Shown here in pieces: positions 12,013 to 24,360 of a stretch of DNA of 64,000 nucleotides. The DNA lies in contig JAKMXF010000066.1 in the NCBI GenBank assembly GCA_024704765.1, positions 813,854 to 877,853 of the forward strand. Reading direction: 5' to 3'. Origin of the DNA: Oopsacas minuta. Taxonomy: Eukaryota > Animalia > Porifera. Positions within the stretch are counted from its first letter, which is position 1. Each line of letters begins with the position of its first letter. The notes under the pieces were generated by a model, which was not told the origin of the DNA, did no database searches, and was given only the letters and a program-made list of their open reading frames with translations. The position numbers were made by a program, and so were the translations under genes.

Positions 12013-13275
12013 CTAACTATGTCCTATCCATAGTCCAAACTTGTCTTCAAATTGTCTCATGGGTGTTCTCCCTGTTCTCTTGGGTATCAATCGTATCCAC
12101 ATAGGTATCTTCTGCCCTCCTACGGGTATAATGATGGTCCATAAATCTGGGGCTGTTGCCATATTGTCGACTTGAGTATCCGTCCGAGGAGAAATGCACG
12201 TCACTCACTACTATCTCTGTATATGGTACATACATTTGTATAGAATTTTCAAAGTAGTAACGATAAGAAATTTCTCCGGAAACCTGAGCAATGTGGTTCC
12301 TTTGGAATGTGAGGGATTTTGTGTAAGCTGTGGTGTTTGATTTTGGGACGATGACCCTAAAATTGTTTATTATTATTTGTTGTTGTTGTGGACAAGGTAA
12401 TTAGTAAATGCTGGCTATGAGAACACGGATATAAGCACCATCCTCTGGAAACCGGTTCACAAATATTCCTGTATATTATACCGGTTATAAGAACACCATT
12501 GTGAGTAGCAATACATGTCTTATAACTGGTATAAATATACAGGAATATATGAGAACCGGTTTCCAGAGGATGGTGCTTATATCCGGTGTGTATATACAAA
12601 GACTTGGCGCGCTAATATATTACAAATGTACAGCTGACAGACTGGTAGTGCATTTTGAGTCCTGCGAGCAAAAACTTGTCAAAAGGGCCAATCTGAATGG
12701 TCTAACTGTAACAAAAGGTGTGAAAATATTCACCTCCATGCCAGAGGTACACATCTAGAGATTCTAGACCCTGTACGGTACCCAGTGCCAATTTTCACGT
12801 CAATCAGATCACTAGACTTCTTCCCTATACAACATTGCATTCCATTCCCCCATTTTGGTTACCTGTGTTTCTGTGAATATATTGTTCCATCTGGATAACT
12901 ATGTCCTGTCAGGATAGGAAAGAAATTGTATACCCCGCTAGTTAGACCCCTTGTTAACTCGATTGTCCTAACTTCTCCTACAATTCTACCCATAATATGT
13001 ATTACCATTGAGGTGGGGTAGGTAATTTCTGTCCCCTTGTGGTTTCTAACTAAATTCCTGACAAGGAATTTTGGATCGAGTCCGCGGTCCACATTCCTAG
13101 GAGACGTAGTGTCTCCAGGGTTATCAGTGAGCTTTGTGGTGGTTGGGTTGTCAACCGCTTCATCTGTAGAAAATCGAGTTTGTAGTTTAGGCGCGTAAGT
13201 AAGTGTCGATCTTCGAAAAATAGAGTTGATACCTTTGAAAAGTGTCATATTTTGAATTACAAAATTTCTATACGA
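12013..13275 (-). CDS. Unknown multi-exon gene; N-terminus resembles a mitochondrial presequence
   Basis: MTLFKGINSIFRRSTLTYAPKLQTRFST start, donor CAG|GTAACC at ~12862, acceptor-like sites near 12705 and 12358, and open frames at 12013-12357. The exon chain is not fully resolved. Confidence 0.35.
12424..12588. mobile_element. Hairpin MITE with ~35-bp terminal inverted repeats
   Basis: cacggatataagcaccatcctctggaaaccggttc ... gaaccggtttccagaggatggtgcttatatccggtg; the pairing continues inward. Confidence 0.8.
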
Positions 13276-13540
13276 AATATTCCATTGTAATACATTGCAG
13301 TTTTTCTGAAACTTCAAATGTGGTTGTGTTTCAATATTTACATTTTTTTAGAATTGCAACAGGAAACTCCGGTTAATAGATACACCGGCTAATCGGTCAA
13401 AATGTCCTCTGGCACCGAGGTAACCCTATGAAGCTGAGTCTACTGTATTTGTTTGTTTATTCATTCGTATTATTTTGTTGTCATTTAGTTAATAATATGG
13501 TTATTTGTTTGTTAGTTGATCATGTGCTACAAAATAACAA

Positions 13541-14407
13541 CTAGAATAATTGTAACTTACAATTATGACACACAGTAAGTATAGTTCCAAATTGAGAGAT
13601 ACAAATACCAAATGGATGAGTAACTTTCTCCAAATAATGTCCTTTGCCCCTTATGGCATGGATTGGTTCCCCTGAGGGAGAAAGTATCTTGATACACTGA
13701 CGGGAATAATCGGTAATGAGAATATTCCCTGCTGGATCCAAACAGAAGAACAATGGGTTCAAAACCATACCCGCCCGCCCCTGAGTAACACACGAGTTTA
13801 TTAGGTGTCCATTTCTAGAGAAGAAGTGGACACAATTCGGACTCCCGTCTAGCACTACTATGCTGTTTGGAGTTACTTTAACGTCTCTAGGATAGTTCAG
13901 CTGATGAGTACCCAAATAATTTATGAATTTAAGTTCATTTGAGTAAATACAAACTCTGTGATTTATATTTTCAGCCACATACACATCTCCGTTATAGTCT
14001 ATACAGAGCCCACGTGGATGAGTTAGCAGTCCCTCTCCTGATCTTGTGGCATCAGTCCTCGCTACATTGAAATCACTGAATTGGAACAATTGGTAATAAT
14101 AGTTCGTAACGAAGACATGATCTTCTGTTACTGCTACTCCGTAGGGCCTCCTGAGTATGCCTTTTCCAAAATTAGTGACGAAGTTACCCTCAAAAGTAAC
14201 AACTTGTATACGCCAGTTACCAAAATCAGCTATGTATATCAGCTGATTAGGTTCATATATAGCTAGACCTCTAGCAGAAAGTAGTTCATTATCTGCTCCC
14301 CCCTTCTTCCCTACAGCTATGACAGGCTGGCTCTTGAGAGAGTAGTGCAGCTCCCATTCTTTCATCTCAGCAGACATACGAGCATTCTTTGATTGTTGTT
14401 TTCCCAT
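13541..14407 (-). CDS. Stand-alone NHL-repeat beta-propeller protein, copy A
   Basis: NHL blades (LIYIADFGNWRIQV, PRGLCIDYNGDVYVAE..NHRVCIY, LDPAGNILITD); single exon; starts MGKQQS. Confidence 0.9.
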   Translation of the reverse strand: MGKQQSKNARMSAEMKEWELHYSLKSQPVIAVGKKGGADNELLSARGLAIYEPNQLIYIADFGNWRIQVVTFEGNFVTNFGKGILRRPYGVAVTEDHVFVTNYYYQLFQFSDFNVARTDATRSGEGLLTHPRGLCIDYNGDVYVAENINHRVCIYSNELKFINYLGTHQLNYPRDVKVTPNSIVVLDGSPNCVHFFSRNGHLINSCVTQGRAGMVLNPLFFCLDPAGNILITDYSRQCIKILSPSGEPIHAIRGKGHYLEKVTHPFGICISQFGTILTVCHNCKLQLF

Positions 14408-14687
14408 TTGTTTATTGGAGTATAGTTTATTAGAAATTATATTAACTAATACAGATTATATTTATACTTGTGTAACTTGAGAATACCAATTGATGTCAAT
14501 GGTTGCTATGGTAATTTCAGAAATGTTATTGACTGAATTGTACATTTTAAAATTAGATATAAGAACTAGTGTTACTGAAATTACCATAGCAACCATTGAC
14601 ATCAATTGGTATTCTCAAGTTACACAAGTATAAATATAATCTGTATTAGTTAATATAATTTCTAATAAACTATACTCCAATAAACAA

Positions 14688-15530
14688 ATGGGAAAACAAC
14701 AATCGAAGAATGCTCGTATGTCTGGTGGGATGAAAGAATGGGAGCTGGACTACTCTCTCAAGAGCCAGCCTGTCATAGCTGTAGGGAAGAAGGGGGGAGC
14801 AGATAATGAACTACTTTCTGCTAGAGGTCTAGCTATATATGAACCTAATCAGCTGATATACATAGCTGATTTTGGTAACTGGCGTATACAAGTTGTTACT
14901 TTTGAGGGTAACTTCGTCACTAATTTTGGAAAAGGCATACTCAGGAGGCCCTACGGAGTAGCAGTAACAGAAGATCATGTCTTCGTTACGAACTATTATT
15001 ACCAATTGTTCCAATTCAGTGATTTCAATGTAGCGAGGACTGATGCCACAAGATCAGGAGAGGGACTGCTAACTCATCCACGTGGGCTCTGTATAGACTA
15101 TAACGGAGATGTGTATGTAGCTGAAAATATAAATCACAGAGTTTGTATTTACTCAAATGAACTTAAATACATAAATTATTTGGGTACTCAACAGCTGAAC
15201 TATCCTAGAGACGTTAAAGTAACTCCAAACAGCATAGTAGTGCTAGACGGGAGTCCGAATTGTGTCCACTTCTTCTCTAGAAATGGACACCTAATAAACT
15301 CGTGTGTTACTCAGTGGTGGTCGCATATGGCTTGTATGCCATACTTCTTCTCTTTGGATCCAGCAGGGAATATTCTCATTACCCATCATTCCCGTGACGA
15401 AATCAAGATACTCTCTCCCTCAGGGGGACTAATCCATGCTATATCAGGGAGAAGATATGTAAGTGGGGAACTTAATTCCATGAGGTATTTGCATCTCTCA
15501 ATTTGGAACTATGTTTGTTTTATCTCTTAG
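14688..15530 (+). CDS. NHL-repeat protein copy B, inverted twin of copy A; last blade frameshifted
   Basis: Near-identical to copy A up to NSCVTQ. The conserved GICISQFGTMFV lies in another frame behind a TGA at ~15480. Confidence 0.8.
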   Translation: MGKQQSKNARMSGGMKEWELDYSLKSQPVIAVGKKGGADNELLSARGLAIYEPNQLIYIADFGNWRIQVVTFEGNFVTNFGKGILRRPYGVAVTEDHVFVTNYYYQLFQFSDFNVARTDATRSGEGLLTHPRGLCIDYNGDVYVAENINHRVCIYSNELKYINYLGTQQLNYPRDVKVTPNSIVVLDGSPNCVHFFSRNGHLINSCVTQWWSHMACMPYFFSLDPAGNILITHHSRDEIKILSPSGGLIHAISGRRYVSGELNSMRYLHLSIWNYVCFIS

Positions 15531-15627
15531 TGAAATGATTTATTATTATTATTATTATTTGTTATTTGTGTTATAATCAACAAATATATAAATAAAATGA
15601 CAAAAATCCACATTCCAAATTTTCTGT

Positions 15628-16083
15628 TCAGTTGCCAGGTTCATATTCATATATTAATTCTTCACACCTTGGGCAATAATGTCTGACACTAATTTTCCTC
15701 TTTCGACAATGACACCAGAAAATGCAAGGTACACAAATCCAGAGGCCTAGTAAACAGAATAATAAACAAACACAAATAAACATCATACTGGACATCACAC
15801 AGCCTCTTCTATGGTTTATAAATGTGAAAACATGTTTACCACAATTCGGACACAAAACGAATTGGCTTTTCTCCTCCAGTTCTGTCAAATCCTTTGGTAG
15901 GGGTCCGATAATTTGGGCAGGAGGGGTATAGTAATGTTCCTGTGGTTCAATAAGAATTCTTTTAAATTCATATCGCCATGGTGGTGACGCAATATGAGGT
16001 GTGAAAGGTGTTGTGTATACTTTTTCATTTGTTGGTCCAATAGGGCTGTAAATTTTAGATGAGATTAGTTTCTTTTTTTCCAT
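15628..16083 (-). CDS. LITAF-domain (CxxC...HxCxxC) membrane-associated protein
   Basis: Pro-rich N-terminus, CPNC, Cys-rich hydrophobic stretch, HYCPRC. Confidence 0.85.
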   Translation of the reverse strand: MEKKKLISSKIYSPIGPTNEKVYTTPFTPHIASPPWRYEFKRILIEPQEHYYTPPAQIIGPLPKDLTELEEKSQFVLCPNCGKHVFTFINHRRGCVMSSMMFICVCLLFCLLGLWICVPCIFWCHCRKRKISVRHYCPRCEELIYEYEPGN

Positions 16084-17690
16084 TTAATATTTGCTATTTA
16101 AAATATTGTAACACCTTAAGCTAGCTGTACATGCACTATTAGTGTAGTGGAGGAAATTGGGTGTACACGGTTGGGAGTGGAGGTCTTATTTGACCCCTTA
16201 TTCGACCCCCTCGAACTACTTTTTATTTCGAGCTCAGCTTCTGGTAACTAAACTTTCTTATAAGGAAATTTCTTGATATTAACTATGACACAATGTGGCA
16301 CAGGGTGGCTGTTCAAATGATGAACACGTTACAAAGGTGATATACGAAAACCACTTTATGGTGGTGAATAACACCATGAGACAGGAGCATAGTTCCATAA
16401 ACAACGATTAATAATATGAATCTAAACAGCTGACTTATTTCAACATCTTCCAATCTTACATATATATTGAATGTTTGCCTATTAGTTATTTGTTTGTTTG
16501 TTTGTTGGCTGCAAATTATATTAAATAAGATTTTGTTGTCTTCAAAATAGTATTGATTGTTTTGTTGTTTCTTTTCGATTATTTGTTTGTTTGTTTGCTA
16601 TATATATGTCAATATTATTTATCTAAGACAGTTTGTTATTGTCTTAACTCTCTGACAGTATGTAACTGGAACTATAAACAGTAGACTCCACCAGTTAATC
16701 TGTCCAAATGCCCTCTGGTACCGATGTGACCCAATTGGTCCAAAATATTTTTGTTTATACTTGTGGTTACTAAGGACACATTTATTGAAACAGGAACTTA
16801 ATTTTGTGTGAATTGTTACCAGGTGTAGTTTGACAGTTTATTGATTCACTATATTGACATCCATATAACAACCAACTCCACTTAATCAGGACACTTTTAT
16901 CGCAGCCACTTGTCACACCTATACATAGTTCTTTATTATAATACTGAAACCTAGTTCTGGAACTATACAAAGTGTCGCGAGTTTTTGTGCCCATTAATTC
17001 ATGGTACATATATGGAACTATAAATTATAATGTATTCTATTTTTATACAAAAACAATAGAAGAATAGGAACTAATTATGAATTGACAGTCCCAATATGTG
17101 TATATATATAATTAGAACAATAGGTTACAATGATATCAGCTGATTTGGGTATACATCTTGTTAAGATACAAAATGATTTGTCTAAATTGAGACAAGCTAT
17201 ACACCACGGGACACATACAGATGGGACACCTATTAACATCAAAGAAATCGAGGTAAGTGGTTGATTAATTGTGTCACATGCCACTATTTTATGCGGTGGC
17301 GGTGCATTTTTGAAATGTGGTTAATTCAGTAGAACTTGGATAAGACAGAACTTTGACAAAAGGTGTGAAAATATGATTGTTATGTGTTAAATATATTTCC
17401 TAGTTATATATATTATTTATGGCTGCTTGCCACTTTTTCTATACCTTTAATGTGTCGGAATAGTGGCTGTTCTGCAAGGACACATTTTGCTATCTTAACT
17501 TAGAAGAATGGTTATTTGGTTTTTGAGTTATTAATATTCAAAGTTGAAAGACAATTACCTAATGAACAATCTATTTATAGCCACTTATGACCACGTGTTA
17601 CAATCTTAACTACATTTTGATTAGCTCATTATTTACAAATCATTCCTGTGAAGTATATTTTCACACCTTTTTATAATTTAATCAATTTAG

Positions 17691-17979
17691 AGCGCGGTGG
17701 AAAGAACTCAATTACGGGTTAGTAAAGTTATTGAGAAGGCGTCAAAAGACAAAAATACACAAGTAACAACTTTGCCATTCCTAAGACCATCTCGGTCGTT
17801 AAGTCCCGAAAGAATACAAGCATTATTGCGAGATACTGTTAGCCAACCAAAACCGCGCTCTAAAACTGGCGCCCTTTCTCTAAGGGCGCCAGGTAGACTT
17901 GAGCCAATCAAATCTTTGGATTCTGAAAGAGTTTTTAATCGAAAAATTAAGAAATTTTCTGATAAACTAAATCCTAAAG
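17691..17979 (+). CDS. Probable internal exon of an unidentified gene
   Basis: Open frame bounded by tttag| at 17690 and aag|gtttg at 17980; more GC/CpG-rich than its flanks; no family recognised. Confidence 0.35.
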
Positions 17980-18464
17980 GTTTGTTGTTGTTTTGTTTAC
18001 TTATTTTTTAGCACTCTTATGAATGTTTGTTTATATTACAAAATACCATATTTCCTCGAATAATCGCCCCATGAGGTCGAGAGGTCCTAATAATCAATAC
18101 TCGCCCCCAATTTATATTACGAATGAATTCCACCTGCTACATAATTGTACTCTGTAATTCTATTCGTTGAGAGAATAATATTTAAGGCGCCATATTAATA
18201 CACGTTGTACACATTATATTTTACGAGCATTCCATTTATCCATCTGGTGTCTAGGTAACGTGAGTAGTATGTTATAGTTCTAATTTAAACTTTCTACTTG
18301 TTGTGTGAAATTTGATAAATTGCATACTCTACCCCATGTACCAATGTAGGTGTCACTTTATGTAACTTTATCTACCTAGAGATTATTGTCCTATCGATTA
18401 CAGTAGAAATTGGATAAGACTCACCCTCTCCCCTCGGGACACAAATGGGAGCACACTGTTAAAA

Positions 18465-18595
18465 GCTATAAAATTGAAATTTGGCATGTGTGTCGAATGT
18501 GATAAATCTAGGAACATATCCTAATATCTAAGCGTAATCTCAAAAACTCTCTGAGACAGGTGTCAAAATGCTTTGACCTATCAGATCTTAGGCTC
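18465..18595 (+). mobile_element. Repeat family A arm
   Basis: Matches the reverse complement of 6691-6835 and the direct sequence at 44780-44915. Confidence 0.7.
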
Positions 18596-19783
18596 TGACT
18601 AATTAGTATACCACATTGTTTTGGATGGATTTGGTTGCTAGGAGTGTCGTATTCACATGATTTGTTTTTCAGTTACTTGTGTATGTAAGTGTTAAATCAA
18701 TTTCTATGTTAATTAAGTTAACTTTATGAACACTGTTGGGATGCGTCAGGGCAAAAGTCACGCGTGAAACTATCAAGTTTTATTTACAAAAGTTCAACAG
18801 CACAATATTTTGGCTACTTAAGTATTGATTAATGAATGACACATTTGTGACACATTTGTGACACATTTCGTTACATTCTTCTATGAAGTTCCACTATGAT
18901 TTAACAAAATGCCATTTTGGTTGCTTCAAATTTGTGAAATATTATGTCTCCAGAAATAATAGATAATAGCTTAGGTTGTTTTAAATTCCAATTGGCCATT
19001 TGGTTGTTATAGTGTAATTTATACAACTTGAAGCCAATTTGAGTATATTTCCTTGAAATATGTACTAAACACTTTTCTGTGAATTCGCATACTGGCGCCA
19101 TTTTTTACAAATTTACAAATACCTAAAAGAGAGAAATATTTGAAAAGATTTTTACTGAAGTTGTGACAGGAAAAAGGCGCCAAACTTGTGGAGATAGTTC
19201 ACATACCTAGTGTGATAATTTTGACACCGTTTTGTCAAAATTGCGCCATTTCCATTACTTTTCCGAAAGTCGAAAACTTTCCGTTAAATTTGACTTATTT
19301 CACTACCATTTGGTATGGTTATCAGTCTTTAGTTCCATATTACACTAATTAATTTATATGATACATACTTTTATTTTCATATTATTATAACTGAACTACC
19401 GGATTGTTCTTCCACTTGGTTCCAACTTCCAACATGCTCCAAACACGTATGGAACTATAATTATTTATTATTTAGTTCTCATTCCTTATGGCCTTACCCT
19501 GACAACAGAAATATTTGTGATCAGAATTTTCATTCTTTTATTAGAACTTAAGATTAATTAAATAGCTTGTGAATGGCGCCAAAATAGTAAGATTTAGCCA
19601 ATAGAATTGTAAGATTTGCTCTAATCCCCGCTTAAATCATATATTTACAGATTGATGGCGCCCTAATCCCCCGCTTAAATAAATTCAAAATTTCAGAGGT
19701 AATAAAATGTCATCAAAGGTGCAATAAATTCTTAAAGTGACTAATTCAAAATCTTTAAAAAGTTAAGAATCGTATTTGGGGTT

Positions 19784-20899
19784 TTAACACATAATTTCTT
19801 CATCTTCATTAATTTCTATTATTTGAGTGGGCTTTGGTCGACACTTTAGTGAGCCTCTTTTGATGACCAAAGGTGTGAAAGTTTCTCTTTTAGTTGCCAC
19901 TTTCGATTGTGTCGGTTTCCGCGCGCATTCTAGATATATTTTGGGATCGAATGGCACTGGCTCATAGACATCTGGCGCCGATTTGCATTTGAAGACGGGG
20001 ATTGATGGTAGCTTTCTATCGGTTTCCATATTAGGTGCGGATTTCTTTGCAATGATCGGGGGAATAATCACTTCTTTACGTATTTTGGCGGGAGTATCGT
20101 TGAACAGGTTCGGTCTTGGTCCGAGAAGGCCTCCTAGTCCCTGACTACAGAGGTAGTCTGAAAGAATTTTGGGTTTTCGTAACGAACTAAGTTTATTTCT
20201 CTTTAAAGCTTTTGAGGATAAAAACTCGATATTTGAGTGGCTGTTGGTTGCTTGGACGGCCCATTGCTCAGCGTCCCGGAATGTGTCCAAGTCTCGAATC
20301 CTTGGAGAGGCGATCCCCTCTTGGACTAACACCCTGGCGCATTCTATGTATCCCAATTGGCACGTAATTAGAAGTGGTGTCAGTCCTTTGATGTTACGTT
20401 TATCAACATCTAAATTGTTTTCCCTGAATCTTGACACTAATTTGTTTATTATTGACAAATCACCTTTCATCGCCGCGTGGCACAAAGCATTATTGCCACT
20501 ATTGTCTTCTTGTGTCAGATTGGAATGCGGAATTAATAATTCGAGCGCGTCTAATTTGCCCGCCAAAACCGAGTGAATGAGCGCTGTTTTTCCTTCAACG
20601 TCTTTTAGCTTTAAACTGGCGCCTTTTCGTATCAGAAGTTTTATAATATTTTTGCGTTGGAATTCGTCGTTAAGGTAGACAACTCGCATCAAAGGTGTTT
20701 GGTTAAACTGGTCCAAACCGTTCACGTTGTCCGCTACATCCAAGATCCGCTTAGCCGATCGGAAGTTCCCTGTTGTGACCGCCTCAAATAGCATATTTGT
20801 ATATTCATGTTGCCTTGACAACAAGTATGAGCGTTTAGAATTTCGTTTAGAGTTCTTTCTTTGGAAATATGGCGAAGGTTCGAAATTATTTTCTGGCAT
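19784..20899 (-). CDS. Ankyrin-repeat protein, ANKRD63/ANKRD34-like, single exon
   Basis: About five ankyrin repeats (QTPLMRVV, GKTALIHSV, GNNALCHAA, GLTPLLITC), including LVSRFRENNLDVDKRN, which resembles recalled ANKRD63; basic low-complexity tail. Confidence 0.8.
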   Translation of the reverse strand: MPENNFEPSPYFQRKNSKRNSKRSYLLSRQHEYTNMLFEAVTTGNFRSAKRILDVADNVNGLDQFNQTPLMRVVYLNDEFQRKNIIKLLIRKGASLKLKDVEGKTALIHSVLAGKLDALELLIPHSNLTQEDNSGNNALCHAAMKGDLSIINKLVSRFRENNLDVDKRNIKGLTPLLITCQLGYIECARVLVQEGIASPRIRDLDTFRDAEQWAVQATNSHSNIEFLSSKALKRNKLSSLRKPKILSDYLCSQGLGGLLGPRPNLFNDTPAKIRKEVIIPPIIAKKSAPNMETDRKLPSIPVFKCKSAPDVYEPVPFDPKIYLECARKPTQSKVATKRETFTPLVIKRGSLKCRPKPTQIIEINEDEEIMC

Positions 20900-23281
20900 T
20901 TGTGGATTTAATTATGTGAGATTTTTCTATTAAATATCTAATCGAGCCATCTAGCCACTATTTATACGTTAGATACCAAGTATATGCTCTGCTATGCATA
21001 TGTTCATATTGTATTACTTTGATTGCGTAGCTACTAAAATGTGTCTTGGAATTCGTGGAATTTTTTGATTAAAATTGTTGGAATTTGAGATTATTTTTAT
21101 TAAGGACTTTGGTATTTGAATTGTTTCATTGTCAATTGAATAAAAATGGTGAAAGTATGCAATTTTGATTATCTAGGGCAGTTTGTATTTTGGGCGCCAA
21201 ATGGATCTAACTTGCATTTTCCTTTAGGCGGGTGAATGTATTTTCAGATTATACATTTAGATGCGTAAGCGTGGGTCTAAGATAATTTTGAGCGGTTAAT
21301 TACATTACTGTTCTTTCAATGTGCATTATTTTAAGCGCTAATTACTTAATACTTAAAATATGTTTTTACGTATCTAATTTGCTTACATTTTAAGATATGT
21401 GATTGTATTTCAACTTTTTATTGTCCTTTTGAATATTTTCAGATTTCTCAACCATTAATGGAAATAATATTTGGAAAAATACAATGGAATTTCTAGGCCA
21501 ATTGATGTCACAATTGCGACACATTCCGACACAATTACCAAATGTGTTTATCGATTTATTTCGTATGTTTTCTAACGAAAACCTGTGAATAGCCTATTAT
21601 TGTTTGGAATTCATAGATTGTAACAGTTCGAGTTAATTAGTAATTCGAATGAATTTAAGAATTCCTTGAAAAATGTAGATTAATTTTGACACGTCTTCTC
21701 GCTTACTCTGCAATCTGTTTAGCTTATAAATACTGTCCAACTCATGTGTGTATCATTATCTATTTATAGGATGGGACACATTATTCACGCTTCTAAACCA
21801 CTCAGTTATAGTGTCATTTACTGGAATTCCATTTTTGGAAAAGTTGTCTGTTTTTCATTTTATGGCTCATATTTCTGAGGCAATTAACTATCAACCAATG
21901 AGATTCAGGGCTTTAAGCCGGGGGCTAATACCATTAAATGATTGGTCAGATTTAAAATATAATTACGACACTATTATCTAACTTAATTAGGGAAATAGTG
22001 GCTTCTCTTTTTGTGTAAAAATATGTACAAATGTAATTTGTTAATAATGACATCATCTATAATATATTAGGACTAAACTGGCTTGAATTTTATAGACATT
22101 ATCTCATCAAAACTTTTACACTAGTATGTTTGATGGTTGTAATTCCATTATTGTGTTATTATTAGTATCTAAGGTGTGAAAATGTGTATATAAGTTTATT
22201 GGAAGTATATTGTTTAATTCCTCTAGCAGGATATACTATTATGCAATTTCTAGAAAATGCTTTGTTCTATGAATCTGTCAAATTATCGATATTTCACCTC
22301 TTATCATAGCAACGTTAAGGTTAATTGGAATTTAGATGATCTATCGTCAGCGGATTAATGTTATGCAGAACACTGAATTAGAATATAGGTGTTAGATATG
22401 ATTAATAGGTTTTGTTTGCCAATGAATGCAATTATTGCATCAAATTTGAAATACAAACTTTCAATAAACTCACCCCGGGGTGTTCAAAGGTCAAATGGTG
22501 TATGAATACAAATTTTGACACCTTTGGGAAGGGTTCTTGGCAATTCCCCTCCTTCCTTCTACCCTGGGGAACAGAAGACAGTAAAATCCTGAATAGTCTT
22601 ATTCGTATATTCTTGAAGTAATGACTGTTAATTTTCAGTCTAAAATATATGAATAATCTAAAATTCTTGAAGACAAATTCCATAAATTTTGAATTGAAAG
22701 TTTTCCATTTTATGAACCACTTTTCTGCCACTTTAATATTCTAGAAAATCCCTTGAAGTGTTGATTGATAAAATGTCTGACATTTTATTGGAAATATTAC
22801 AGAGAAATTTTTTTGGGTTCTTATAAATTGGAACTATAATAACATTGTAAAAAATGGAATTTAGAGATGCTAGAAGGTGTGAAAATGTGATTAATCATAT
22901 GGCAGTCTTATCTATATATATCAGGATAACTTGATTAGAGAGTACAATTTATGATTTGTGCCATTTTGGTCCAGTTTGTGCCATCTGAATACTAATTCTA
23001 TTTTACGAATTATTAATTATTTCTAAGGAATGTTACTGATTATACTGCGAATTCTGATCTTGTTACTATAGTTACCGATGGAATGTGTAGTTAATTGCAT
23101 TCTTGACACTTGATTAGCAAGACAATTAGTTTGTAACCTAATTTAGGGAATTAATTAGATTTGAATAACAAACTTGTTTACAATAACACATCATCTTTCA
23201 GCGTGTAGTTTCCCGCCTAAGTGTGATATTTTACGCGCCTATATTCGTATAATTGGCGTCTATATTTAAGTTTATCTAGAA

Positions 23282-23394
23282 CAGCAATACCCAACCTTTT
23301 TCATCCCGTGGGGTCCAATTCTAACACATTCTGTGGACCTCTCCTGTCGTCTGTGGACCCCCAAAGTTCCATGACCCTAGGTAGGGAAGGTCTG
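23282..23394. mobile_element. Decayed hAT (Charlie-like) MITE
   Basis: Ends cagcaatacccaacc ... ggtagggaaggtctg; flanks atctagaa / atctaata (6/8 match, NTCTAGAN-type target). Confidence 0.6.
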
Positions 23395-23882
23395 ATCTAA
23401 TATTTTCAATTATCAATTAAACCGTAGTGAAAGTGGAAAAATCTATCATTTATTCTGCAAGATCCATCTTCCGACGCTCTCCATTTGTTGTTGTTTTGAT
23501 ATATGTCTATTACTTTTGACCCCAGTGACTTGTACATATTGTGCTTACTGCTCGGTCGTATTTACCAGGATAAGTTCTTACAAACTGGAACTAATATGTG
23601 ATTAATAATACATCTTCATAGTTCATACTTCACCCACGTGTATTATCGCCCAATCAAATATTTCTGTATAGAAACTAGTGCAACGTGATTGACCAATAGG
23701 ATTCTAGCTTTTCTACAAAATCTAGTAAGCATTGAGTAATCACTCATTTATATTCATACATATTTCGTTATCTCCATAGCAACCGCACAAATATGGGAAA
23801 CAGATTGGGAGTCGAATTATGTCGAGTTTATAATTAGATAAAATCATTCATTGGAACTGGAACTAATTGATGTATGTTAGTC

Positions 23883-24360
23883 CTGTTGTATGAGGATTCA
23901 ACTACTTCTATTATAACAACCATGGATACTTCACAACCATGAGGGTTTAACTTCCTTCTATTTATGGCTTCATATTTGTATACTTCCTATTACACATCAA
24001 TAATCATGCATATTATTCTTTTATTATCAACAAACACTAACTGTTTCCTATTTTAAATATGATCTTTCCCTGAATAAATGCTAGGGGATCTGAGCAAAAA
24101 CCATAAGCACAAAGAGAGTTTAAGGCAATACAACAAACTGACTTCTTATCTTCAATATATTTTAAATCAAGATGATTTATGAACACAGTATGCTTCCCCC
24201 CCGTAGAGTATTATAATTCAAGAAAATAAATATGCATAATTATTGATGCGTAATAGGAAGTATACAAATATAAAGCCATAAATAGAAGGAAGTTAAACCC
24301 TCATGGTTGTGAAGTATCCATGGTTGTTATAATAGAAGTAGTTCAATCCTCATACAACAG
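23883..24360. mobile_element. Foldback element with ~135-bp near-perfect inverted arms
   Basis: 23883-~24020 is the reverse complement of ~24225-24360 with few mismatches; spacer ~200 bp. Confidence 0.85.

Noticed and set aside
14081-15014. Identical 61-aa ORFs MEQLVIIVRN.. (and the similar one at 33778)
   Set aside because: Antisense frames reproduced only because the NHL gene is duplicated.
22412-22731. Overlapping ORFs of 69 and 99 aa
   Set aside because: No recognisable motif or splice context; I could not support a transposase-fragment reading.
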